DNA of 64,000 bases. It comes from Raillietiella orientalis. Lineage: Eukaryota. The first letter of the stretch is position 1, and each line of letters begins with the position of its first letter. The stretch spans positions 992,001-1,056,000 of the forward strand of contig JAYWIR010000045.1 in NCBI GenBank assembly GCA_036172245.1, in the 5' to 3' direction. This document shows positions 1 through 12,100 of this stretch, piece after piece. Both the position numbers and the translations under genes were made by a program. A model generated the notes under the pieces. It ran no database searches. It saw only the letters and a program-made list of their open reading frames with translations, and was not told the origin of the DNA.

Positions 1-3000
1 GTGCCTACCCTAATTTGGCGTCTCCTCCCTCTTTCCGAGCCGAACTCGACAAGCCGTCAGAGCGGAGCGTTTCTACCGTCCCGGGAAAACTTCCGTGTCG
101 GAAGCGGCCATTTTCTCTTAATTTTCAGGGGGAGTTGGGACAATGACTAGAATCAGCAGGACTCCCCACCGTGAGCACACCCACTAGCGGGGTGAGTTCC
201 ACTCGAATTGGTCGGCTTGACGATCGCCGGAGAACATCAGTGAGAGCGCACCCTTCCCGGAAACATGCGCCTTTCCAAGAGCGAGAGGTCCACGCCCATC
301 ATGAGAGACCGTGATCCACGGAAATCCCCAAGCTATGTCCAAGAGGTAGCTTCCATTCCCCTAGAGGTTTCCACTGCTACTTGGCCTCTCTTTCCCCGGG
401 AAAAGCGTTCTCTCGGGGCAGGATGCTGAGGAAGGATTCTCACTACTCCGGATCCGGCAGAGAAGCGCTAGGTATCCAAGAAAACTTCTCCCTCTGAGAG
501 AACTCGTAACTCTCCAAAGTGGGGAAGCTTCCAGGAAGGTGGCAGACGGGTTCATGGACCGTATCTGCAGACCGTTCGCTCACAATCACGAGCACCTGCA
601 CCATTGCGGTGGAAGATGAGAGTTCAGACTCCTCCCCTAAACCCGGGGATCACATTCGCGCTTTTCTTCTAAAGATCTCTGATGCTAATTGCATCTACGT
701 TTCGCATCAGCGTGAAGAAACAAGATGTATGTGTCCGTCTTGGCTCGAAGACCCTCATCCAAAGACATGCTCTAGTTGTGAGGAAAACTGCTGTCAAGAA
801 ATTATTCCATCGGAAGGTGTCCAACACAAAATCTGACGCAAACCGCGAGCATGGCTCGAAGATCCTGCTTCCTTGACCCCTGGAGATATGATGTACAGGT
901 TCCAGAATTCCACACCTTGGAGTCCTTGCAGCGAGCAGGAAAAGCAAACAGATTCATCCGGGTTGACCTGACGGAGGAACTTTGTGCTCGCTGGACTTTT
1001 CGAATTGGTCGGAAGTAAAGGGAAAAGAGCGAAACAAAGAAAAAAGATGGAGAGACCGTCGTCATTACGTGATTCTTGGTTCTTTCGGAACTGTCCTCTT
1101 TCTCCAGACGAGGATCTCTCGGTCCGCTCATCAGAGTACACGAAACGGCGCGTCGCAGTTCCAGTGTTCGAAAAGTGGTGTGGGAACACAGCAGAAAGAA
1201 AAAGCACACAAACTGAAATCAGTGCATTCGCTGCTTGTTGCAGCGAGGACTTCGATTCGAGCCAGGGAATCTTCGCCGTTTGGTCACATCTGCTTGCCCA
1301 AGTTCCACCGTTGCATGGGTCTAATGGTTGGTGAACGTCTTGTTCTGGGGCTACTCGACTGCATGGGTCCGCCTTTGGTCCTCAAGATGATGTGTCCTTC
1401 TTCGTGCGTCCAGCAGATTTGTTGGATGGTGGGCAAAAAGAAGCTCCGGCTGTTCCCTCACTTCCGAGGAAGGAACCCGGTTTTCGGATTACAGATTTAC
1501 CCATGCTTCCCGGCTCAGCAACCTCATGGTGAGGTAGATTGCAAACTGCAAACAACATTGTAGATGCAGAGGTGTCGGGTGTGCAACGAATGCTGCCTCA
1601 TGTGTTCATTCATCTTCTGTACATCTTGTACTTCTATACATCTCCTCTCTGGTACATCCAGCGGCAAGAGGCATTGCTTTACCGATTGAAGGCAATGGAA
1701 GTGATTTGGTAAGTAATTTTCCTGCAACACATTCATCATCATGGTTCACTTTCGCCTTCTTTTGGATCTAGTATCAAGCGAGGAGAGAAGAATGGTTATT
1801 TTGGTTGTTGCCTGTCCTTTCGAGAGCACTCCCAACACCATCAGAAGTGGCTAAATGCAAAGACCTCTCTGTTCCCGTCGACCCATGGATGCTCAGGTGA
1901 CTCCCTAATAGTTGACTCCCTCGGCTCCTGAGACAGACCGGATGAAGAGGTGCTGCAGGAGCTGAAGATCTCAACTACGGCTCGACAGAATGAGTCGTAG
2001 CTGAGAGATCTTGCATACCCAGTCTTCCGATGAAAAAGTCGCCGAGAACGCCAATGCCCAAGAAGAATTGCTACCAGCTGATTAGGATTTCGAAGGAAGA
2101 TTCTTGGAAATGATGCAGTAATCTCACGTGGACAGAACAAGATGAGGGGGATGTGAGATGGTGAGGAATGTAAAGATTCCAGACCCTTTATTCCATGTGA
2201 TCCATCTGCCAATCAACAAGCAAAGCTGAGCTTTGCATGCACTCTCGGGATTCGCGGCCTTTGCAGGACTTTGCAGTCGTTCTGGATATCCCAACGAACC
2301 GGCGGCGACGACATGAAACATGCTCGGGTTGCTGAGAGTGAAAGGGAAAGCTCGTGGTTCCTGAACTTTCCTTTTCTTTTTCTTGTCTTACTGAATGCTG
2401 ACGTTGTGCCTTTGAATTGGCAGAGCACGCATCCAATATGATGACTCGATTCCCTTGCTCAGGGCGAGACCAGGTCTCAACGAAACCTCCATCCAGGGTG
2501 TCCCTTGATAGAAAATCAGGATCACCCATCGTCCGCAAGGCGCCTTCTTGATCTAGTCGATCGAGGCGTCCTGCTTCCTGAGCTCATGCACGCAAAACAG
2601 AGTTGCAAGAACACGCGACGATTTAGAACGGGGGCTATTTATGCTATTTCTAAACCTACGAGGTCCAGGTGTCTAAGATGACAAAGCCATCTCACTTCCC
2701 AAGAGCATCTCGACAAAAGTATCGAAGACGCACCAGTTTGAGAGTACTCATTGAGCGCCTCTCGAACAGAGCTGCACAGATGCATGTCCATGGCGAGCAG
2801 TCTTGCCATCCATCTGTTAAATTTTGGTTTCTTTCTGTCTCTTCGGAATTCTCGATCCTGATCTTCCAATTTGACGATTGCTGCACCCATCTGAAGGCAG
2901 AACGGAGTGGCCTTGTCTGGCTGCTTGGAACTGAGCGATCCAGTGTGTGCGTTTTATATGGTATCTTCTTAGAGGGCAGAGAAGCCACTTCTATTTGTCC

Positions 3001-4044
3001 TCTCAAAAAACTGCTGTCAGTGAGACAGCAAAGGCAGAGTCGAAAATGAATAGCTGGAAGCAGATTGCTGTGCGTAGTGAATGTCCTGATATCGACTCTT
3101 TCAAAATCTCGTGAAGGAAGTGTTTCGCTTCGAGCCTGCAGGAATGTCGGGTCCTCTCAAGGAATAATCTACGAATGTTGCAGACGAATCAAGGGTTGAT
3201 TAGGGTGAGGGAAAGGCACTCTTGATTCTCTGAGAAAACCTCAGTTGTATTTCGAAATCACTGCCGGTGCAATGACGGCTGATGGGTTCTGGAAAAATTC
3301 AGCTCAAGAAACGAGGAAGTGTGCCGTTCTATTGTTCTTGTCGGTGGAAGTGTCCCATCTCAAGGCTTCACCTCATTGTGAAGCGTCTTTGTCAGGAACA
3401 CATCTCCTCATCTGGACTAGGTAAAAACGGCTCGAAAGACGTGATCTTTCTTCTCTCACTTATCGGAATGCACGAGGTCTTCCAAGTTCTGATATACATG
3501 GATTTCTGAGAAAGGATGGAATGCAGCAGGTATTTTGAAGATCACCTCTGATCAGGAAGGCGGTAGAAGATCCACGGAGATTCTCTTCGCTGAAGCTACG
3601 AACCTGACTGCTACTCATCTCACAATCTTCTGCTCCATCAAAAGAACCAGCTCGAATAGAGCTGCGTTTCAGCTTCGTTCATTTGCGTTGCACTTCTCAA
3701 CGTCGGTTGCCAGACTTTTGAAAAAGCCGAGCACCGTCAAAGTCCATCTCGGAATGGACTTTGGGTAGCATGCATGGGTCTGTGAGTGACTCCGCGTCTA
3801 TCCAGGAGAGCTGGGACTTAAAAGAATGTTTCAAAACTTTGGTGGACTTGATAAGAGGTCCCTGATACTATTTAGTGAATGTGGGAATTCCCTGATGGAA
3901 CTCCATGACTTGAGGAATTAGACATTTCTAGAAGAAAAAAACCTTGGAACGTCTCCAGAACCTTCTTGCTTGATTCTCCCTGAAATCTGTCGAAGAAACT
4001 GGTGAAGCTCTCTTTAATGACTGTCATTGACACAGAAACGGAGA

Positions 4045-4183
4045 TTCGCCGAGAGGTCGGCATCATTCTTCTCTCTTCCCACATGTTGGGCTGATTCTCC
4101 GTGCAAGAAATTTCAATTTCGCTAACGTGTAGTTCGAGTCAGTTTCATCTGTGAAGGCAGCTTCGTTTCTAGAAAATTTCATC
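4045..4183 (+). repeat. Direct repeat of about 137 bp, copy 1 (partner 8247-8382)
   Basis: ttcgccgagaggtcggca...ctctcttcccacatgttgggctgattctccgtgcaag...gaaggcagcttcgtttcta..aaaatttcatc occurs twice with few differences. Confidence 0.92.
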
Positions 4184-6289
4184 TCAGAACACCTTTTTAG
4201 ATAATCTGCTGAAATCTCTTCTTAGTTATCAGGTCATCATGGAGGTTGTAGCAGATGGATGTGCTACCACGACGCGTTTATCAAACCGTTTAATTACGCC
4301 CCTTCCAAGATTAATTGCAATCTCTCGGTAGGTCCCTCATCCCTTCGTATTTACTCAGCATCATCAGGGCACTTTCCTTGGATTTGAATTTCTGCGTCGT
4401 TTACCTCCTTTGTCTGTATTGTTAAACAATTTTTAAACATGAACAGGGAGCTCTTGTATAATCTCTACGAATAGTCTGCAAGTGATTGGAAGAAACACTC
4501 ATTTTCTTTCTCATTTTCTGTTTCCATTTTTTTTTGGCAAGATGAAGGGGGGGAGGTTCCATTTGTTACCCTGCACAGCTCGAACAAAAGATCTTTACCC
4601 ACGAGGATGGGAGCAAGGCAGTCAGACGCGGCATTCAAGTCTCGGAATCCCAAGTCACAAAGAATGCGCTCCTTCCTTCCGGTAATCTTTTGGAGCTTGC
4701 CACAAAGTCTGAAATCGTCGGCGTTGCGTCACAGCGCCCGTGGCATCCATGATGGCGCAACACTTGTGATTTCTGACAGTGCTGGATACATCTGGAGATG
4801 GAAGCTGGCGGCGCAGTAGAAGGCTGCATTTGGAGAATTGATAAGAGATCTGGACCGACCCCATGCGTGTTTGCTGCAGGCCACATAAGCACCGGTCCGT
4901 TGCACATGACCCCTCCGTTCGGTGAGCAGTGTAGTCAACCGGTGTGGCCGCACGTCGATGAAAGTTTTGGTGAACTGCTCTAGGGGCACATTGTCCCCGG
5001 ACGCGCGCTGTGATTTTCAATGAATGATCACGATTTGTGGTGACTCAGACGGAAACCTTCGTTTACGCTACCTGCCTTCGAGACTCAAACAGAGCATTCA
5101 ATGACTAAATGGTACAATCCAATCATTCCTTAATGTATCGCTGTGATGATTTCAGCATCAACATTGATTTATAAACATCACTATCGATTTAAGCCGGTTT
5201 TGCACCTCAAACAGCCGAGTCAGACTCACAGATCGCATACTCTTCTGAACAAATGACCTTCTCCAACCAAATCTTCGCGACTTGAATGTCTCCGCTTTTG
5301 AAGAGATAAAGCAGCAGGTGCAGTCCGACAACTCAACAGTATGTGTCGAATCATCAAATTCCTCGTGGTTTGTTCCCGCACTCTTCATCCTTCGGCTCTG
5401 CGTCGACAGAGGAGAACAGTTATCGATGCTGCAGGGCTACCGATACAGGATGGGAGGATTTGGCTTTCCTCAATGCTGGAGACCAACCTTTGGTTCTCTC
5501 TTGTCGCTCCACTAACTGGAATGCGTGGAGGCAGGAGGCGATTGTGACCCGGGCCTCCACCCTGGAAATGTGCCCAGAACTTCGCCCCCTGCGTTATCTT
5601 CTCAACCTTCCACAGGGAGATGTCCTTCAGGACTCGACGTAGTGGTGCCGCTGGGCCGGCATTTTCCGCAGCGACGTCTGCCCTAAGGACAAACAACGAC
5701 AGTTGCTTGGGATGAGAGTTCTGCGCCAAACTCCTGGGAGGCTGGAAGGTGAACGAGCTGGTGGACACCGCCACTCGTCGTTCCCAGGCAAAGGAGCTGC
5801 CTCGGCAGACTGAATGCTTAGTGTGCCCTGAGATGAACTTGTGGTCACCGGTGCGTGCGTGGACACTTCAAAACGGGAGAATGAGGTGCCGTTGTTTGCG
5901 CACTGGAAACTCCACTGAGTTCAACGTCATTGCTTCCTTTCTTTGATTGTCACCAGGGGATGTGGGACGACTGAATCGTTTCCGTATCCCTTGATGGACT
6001 TCGGTAGCCTACAGAAAGCCTGAGGAAGGCTGGAATCAGCACTCACGTACCTGGAGAGCACCGCAATGAGTACGAAATGCGGAGATTTTTCGTACGCAGT
6101 GGTCTCTTCCGTTAGTCGCCGCCGTGATTCCACATATAGATGCGCCGAGGCATTTATTACTCTTACAGGGATCGACGAAGCCAGAAGACCCACCGATTCC
6201 AATTATTCCACTGAAAAAAACAAAGGGGGAGGACGATGAAGTCCATCACTTCCACGAAAAGACGGGGTGGTGAGGAAAACAAAAAAAAA

Positions 6290-6980
6290 CAAACTATAAC
6301 AAGTAATAGAAACTAACAAAAAAAAATTAGTTAGGAGGAAGGAAATGGATCACATTTCGTGGTGGGTGAGGCCTCTGCATCCGTGGAAGGTTGCCGGCGA
6401 GCTCCTCCTTCTCCCTTTCCAGGTGGGGCCACTTCAAACCTATCTGCAGGAAGCTGCTGGCGTGACGTGCAGGGCAGCCCCCCCATCGCTACGGCCTCTC
6501 TTGGTGTCGCACTTTGCCGCTGCGACACTGCGCTCGCCACACAGCACTGCGATTGCGGGCGTCACGGCGTCTCGCACGAAGAGGGGCCTCGAAGAGTCTC
6601 TGGAATCGACCACGGGGTGAGGAAGGGGCTCGGAGAAACGTTCCCACACTTCCTGGAGGGCGACACACCGCACTAAGAGGTGAGGGATGACCTCGTTCTC
6701 CTCAAATCTGGCACAATTCGGCGATGGGCTTCCCCTCATCCAGTGGTGCTGGCGCACATTGCACGGGAGACCCTAGTGCAGTATCAGCAGCGCCGACTGG
6801 CCGCCGCCGTGATGGCAGCGAGATGTTGAAACCGCGCCATCGAAACGGCTCGCCATGTGCTGGAGCTTCCGATGCAGCGAAGTAAAACCCCGTCGTGAGA
6901 GCAGTTGCGAGGTGGCCTCACCTGATAGAGTTTTTCAAGGAGATCACCGTCATCCAGCATAGTCTTCAGCAAAAACAAAG
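6290..6980 (-). mobile_element. Decayed 3' fragment of an L1/Tx1-type non-LTR retrotransposon ORF2 (zf-RVT region)
   Basis: LLILH*GLPCNVRQHHWMRGSPSPNCARFEENEVIPHLLVRCVALQEVWERF resembles the zf-RVT pattern W..LH..LP...RL....C.RC...E.I.HLL..C.....VW; stop and frameshift present; followed by a T-rich 3' tract. Confidence 0.55.
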
Positions 6981-8246
6981 GGTGGTTTGAACCAAAGACC
7001 TAACTTACCTTTATTTCCCTATTGGTTTACCGTCTCCTCCTTCCCGCTCTGGACTTCTCGGAATCTGCATGTCAATGATTCCTTCCCCTGAACTCATCCT
7101 TGGTGTTTTGGGGAGCTGCGTTCCCAGAAACGCCCCAATGTAATCGGAACTGCAGTCTTGAAGACTATGGATCATTCGGTGTATCTCCACACTGGGAAAG
7201 ATCACACATAGGATGCAAGAAAAGAGTGTCGATAGCGACAAGCAAGTGTGAAAGACCACCTTTAGGTGTATCGATGGTTGCGCTTCTAGACCCGCAGGTA
7301 CGGAAGGCCGGTAACTCCCAAGATGCCAAGTTCCATTCTGAGGAGGAGCAAAGGAATATGCGATCTGTCGTCACTTTCCCACCCTGTGTGCTGTTTCTCT
7401 TCCCTCCACTGCTTTTTGCCTAGTCTGAAACCTGTCCGAGTCTATCCTAGTCAGTTCAAGGAACACCAAGGGACTCTTTTTGAGGGATCACATAGCAGTT
7501 CGTGAGATTTTCCCAGACGAGTTCAGAGGTGCCTAAATTCTGCTTAGCCCGTAATCGAAATATGAAGCTGTCGGGGGGAGCCACATTATGGAAAAAGATG
7601 TGGAATTCCGGCTCTGCATGCTCTGGGAATATTCATGACCGACTGCATCATTCGCATACGTTTGCGAGGAAAGATGGCAAGGAAGAAGAGATATCAAAGT
7701 TCTTGCTCTCTTATGAGCCGTTTTCGAGAAGCCTCGATAAAAAATGGGATTTAGAGAACATTATATTTTTCTTGATCTAAGAGGGGTCAGGATCAATTTT
7801 GCAAAATGTGTTTGGCCTGGTGGTCATTCAGAAGACTGCAGTTTTGAAATCAGGGTCAAATCTGAGTTGCAGATAGGCAAAACCAGCGACCGGTCATCAA
7901 GAGAAGTAGGAAAGACTGTCTACGAAACTGCCCCGATGTTTGCGTCAAGAAATAGATTATATCGTGAAAGATGCAAACAGGAGAAAACAAAAGTCCACGA
8001 TAAACTCGGAAAATATTTCTGAGATGCTTCCAAGAGACGAAATACATGATCGATAATCTCCAGCATTTTCCAGAGATCAAAAGTATGCGAAAACCACGAA
8101 ATCGATACTCAAGCAGAAGAGATTTTACCGGTTCGTCGTGCCTGCAGCGTTCCCCAGAGATTGCACGCTTCCCGAAACAAGGAGGAACACACTCCTGTTC
8201 TCGGAGGTGCGAGAAATTCTTCCTGTTTGGGAACTGGAGCTTCCAG

Positions 8247-8382
8247 TTCGCCGAGAGGTCGGCACTATTCTCTCTTCCCACATGTTGGGCTGATTCTCCG
8301 TGCAAGGAATTTCACTTTCGCTAACGGGTAGTTCGAGTCAGTTTCATCTGTGAAGGCAGCTTCGTTTCTATAAAATTTCATC
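8247..8382 (+). repeat. Direct repeat of about 137 bp, copy 2 (partner 4045-4183)
   Basis: Direct visual alignment to 4045-4183. Confidence 0.92.
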
Positions 8383-8469
8383 GTACCCTTGTACGGTGAG
8401 GAGTTAACCCTGGCAGGAGCTCCCGATGAGATCCTTCCGTGATGGCCTCGGAAAACAGCAGCTCTGAAC

Positions 8470-9180
8470 TTTCACCTTTCTTCTTCGTCTCCCTGTGACG
8501 AGAGTTCCCCCCAGTAGGTTCTTTGTTCCAGGGTTCTCAGTTCTGGATAAGATCACTTGGAGAGTGATAGGTCGAAATCGTTCCTCGACAGCAGATGCCT
8601 GTCTGATGCGGGGCATCTCCTCAGCCTGAAGCAGAATGGAGCGGAAATCTGGCGCTCCATCCAGATGGTGACGCATGAAATATGTGTTATAATACACTGT
8701 GCAGTCCAACATGCTGCCCGAGCGAGCAGAGACGGATCTACGAGCAGCGTCAGCACAAGCACTCGCCGTGGGAGGCTCCGGAGCTTAAGAAATCCGGCGA
8801 TGCTGCCGAGAGAGCTGACGATCTCCCAGAGATGCACCACAGAGAAGAAAGATTGGTGTGCTCGGAAGCCCAACACTTGCAGCACGTGCCGAGAATGTTG
8901 GCTAAGAGATCTCTGGATGTGATGAGCAGCACCGCCATTTTCTGAGACCAGATTAAGAAGATGGCCATACTGAAGAGTATAATGGAGGTCTGTTTTCGCT
9001 TCTAGAAGTGAAGTTGTCGACATGAAGAGGGAAGAGAGGGCTGTTCATTGCGACCGCTCATGTGGGAAGTAAATGAAGTAACCAGAGAACCGTAAGCTGA
9101 GGATGGAGCAAGGGACAGGAAGTCGCTCCATGACTGGAATGCTGTATGACCCCTCATCAATAAAGTCTGATCATTTCCTG
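8470..9180 (-). pseudogene. Frameshifted intronless ionotropic receptor (IR/iGluR family) remnant
   Basis: Colinear blocks across frames: S1-like DFLSLAP...LVTSFTS; M1 entry PLYSSVW then AIFLIW; pore/M2 FFSVVHLWEIVSSLGSIAGFLKLRSLPRRVLVLTLLV...WTAQCIITHIS; S2-like SAPF and ILSRTENPGTKNL. At least two frameshifts. Confidence 0.45.
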
Positions 9181-12100
9181 TACAAGTCTGTGGGAACAGG
9201 AAGGTACAATCACTCTTTTCGCTGAGTGAGGGATAATTCCTGAGGAAAACATTGACCGTACCTTGGAATTCGAATTCCACCGACATACTGTTGGTGCGGA
9301 AGCTCTTTCCAGAAGAAATGGAGATCACCTCCACCCACACTACAAGGAAGAATAGCGATGTGGTAGTGATGCTGAAGGTGAGCTTCCTGCAGGTGTTCCC
9401 AGAGTGGAAAAGGCTTTTTTTTCCTCTCGAATCCATCCAAAGTCACATCCTTAACCTCCTTACTCTGAGAGAGGCCTTCAGAAAGCGAGGCGTTCTCTGG
9501 AGGGTTGGAGTTCCTCAGAAGCGTCCATGCTGACTTACTGCTGTTCTTCTTTTCCGTGATGTCAGCTGAGTCGTTTTTCCCACTTGCCAGATCCCTCCGT
9601 AGGAATTCCAGGGATGTTGGTCAAGGTATGCTTCTCAAAAGCTTTCCAGTGTTTTTCTCTCTCGGCATTTCGTCAACAGTCTTGCAAATGCAGACGAGTG
9701 ATCACTGCGAACACACCACAATGCACCCTTCTTCATGGCAGGGGTCGTCAATTCGACGGGAGTTCACTTGTTTTTGCCTCAGATGACAGTGATGTTGCCA
9801 CGGTAAGAAAACTGTTGTAGCCGATGCAGATGCAGCAAAACAATTATAAAGCAATCACTGACCGTGAGCGCTGCCACTTTATGGAGACAAGATTAAGAGG
9901 ATGGGCACACTGCGGAGACAGTGGAGGCTTCTCTCCCTACTGCTTGTTTCTACCCTACATCATCATGCATCGGGATAACCAAAAAATAGATAAGAATGAT
10001 GCGGAGGTTCCGTGCAAGCATGGCATAAAGACTGAACCTTTCTCACAGATGGAATCACAAAGAGATGAAACAATTCTTTTCGAGACAACCGTTTCACGCA
10101 TGAAGCATGACAAACCAGGAGGCTCCCTCGAAGAGATCTCCATGTCTCATTGATGCGGGAGACGATCCACAGCTCTTCGATAAGAAAACATGGGGTCTCC
10201 GCGTGGACCACCGAATTCGTCGCTCCCATTTCGGATGCAAGTCAAGGTGCTCTTGGACCTTTATAATCAGATCTGCTTAAGAAGCTTCGCGCTACCTGAA
10301 TGGGCGATCTGCCTTCAATTGCAAGCGAAGACCCAGAGAACCGTAACGAAGAAAAGTACCATGAAGAACGTGAGGATCCGGGGCAGTTGACCTCAGACTT
10401 GTGAACGAAAAGTCAGTCGGGACATCTGAAATGAAGAAGGGGAACCTGTTTATCGACGCGCACTATTTGCTTCCTGATAGCGAAGTCACCGTGGAAGTGG
10501 CAGCACCAGGATCTTCTGGTGCTTCTCTACGTGCCTTCCGCTTCTGAACGTCGCTTCGAAAAATTCTGATGTGGAGTTGAGTATCCAAAAAGGCAGCATC
10601 CCCACCTCGTCGTTTCTCTGTGAATATCTACTGCCAGTTTCATAGAAATTGCCAATGGAGAAAATAGAAACTTCTGACTGTCAAAGATATTTTCTTGAGA
10701 CCCCATTTTTGCATCTGTTAGAGTGGATAGCAGGACGTATGCTTTTGTGCCCATATTTGAGGCTAGCTCAGGAGGGATAGGATGGGGCTTCGTACCCCCC
10801 TATTTGGAATTCAGATTCCAACTTTCCTGGTACTTCATCTTGGAGATGAGGTTCCTTGATTCCCTTCCGCCCCCCTTTTGGGAAAAGCTATTCTCTTTCG
10901 GGATTTTTCGAGAGGTGACAGCGTGGTGGTGCAAGGAGGAATCTCCTTGCGAGAAGCACTTATCAGGGAAAGGTCTCTCCGAGCATGAGAGAACTGGAAC
11001 CTTCGACGTGCGCTCTTGGCATGTTTCTCTGCAAGCGGAAGTTCAGCTTTACGATCTTCTCTTTCTGCCGTGTTCACACACTTCAGCTGCAGCTCCTTCC
11101 ATTCCAGAGACATGTGCAGATACCCAAGGACCTTTCTTTTTCCCTTTGAATAGACGGGATGAAGACTGGTAGAGTGGATTCAGCTGTCTCTTGTTTTCAG
11201 GATTGTCACTGGCTAAGAACATCTCCCTTTCTCACGGGATTTTTGAGTATCTGAGGAGTATTCTCCGCACAGAATTCATGCTTCCATCGTTTCTTGGTTA
11301 CGCAGCAGTGTCCTGGTCAAAGGTCTGCATAAGGACAGTCGGGATTCAGAGAGGAAAGACAATGTAAGACCTATGTTCAGCTTCTCCTTCGAACCGGTGA
11401 TGAACATGACCGATGTACCTCAGCCTCACTTCCATCCGTCCACTTCCACCAGACACGCATTGTGAGGTGGTCTTCGTCGAAGACTTGTTTCTTCTGCTGC
11501 CTGCTCGTGTTCCGGCAATCACACTCTGTAATTGTTTCCCGGGTCGATCCACAAGGAGACTGGTGTCCAAGATCGTCGCAGCTCGTACATTTCTGGATGC
11601 AGGCTGGTCTTCCTCGGGGATTCCCCGGCAGGGAACCCATAGATTCTATCTTACCTGACGAGACATGATACCTTAGCATACCCTGATGCTCTTTGGCGTA
11701 CTCTTGCTACTTCTGGAAGCTGCAGCAGCTCGGAGTGTCTTCGCCACGGCTACTTTTGGTTTTTTCGGTTCTGTCGCTTACACCCGGGTGTGCCGACAAG
11801 CCTCAGTTCTGATGTGGCAAGTCCTGCGAGGGTCTGCTACGTCTGCGATGCGAATGGAACTCTCAGATCAGACGCGGGGCTGAACTCTCCCTCAGCTAAA
11901 CGGATCCAGATCGAGGATCGTTCCAGAGGTTGTTTGTCTCGTGACGGGAATGTGAAGCACTCACTAGTGTATTCTCTTCTCACGCATTTTTCTGTAAGAT
12001 GAAGCAGGAAGGATTCTCCTCAGTGTTTTCACTCAACCGCGGGCGTGGGCGGGATAACTGCTACCCTTTGGTAGCTCTTCAGCAGCACGAACGGACACCT

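Noticed and set aside
640..690. DHIRAFLLKIS resembling REV7/HORMA
   Set aside because: Isolated 10-residue similarity with no flanking support.
9780..9930. Trypsin-like CGDSGG with upstream DVATVRKLL
   Set aside because: Spacing between the Asp and Ser motifs is far too short and no TAAHC motif was found.
11560..11780. Kinase-like snippets KVAVAKTLR and HPEMYEL on the - strand
   Set aside because: No HRD, DFG or APE motifs and the two ends are much too close together.
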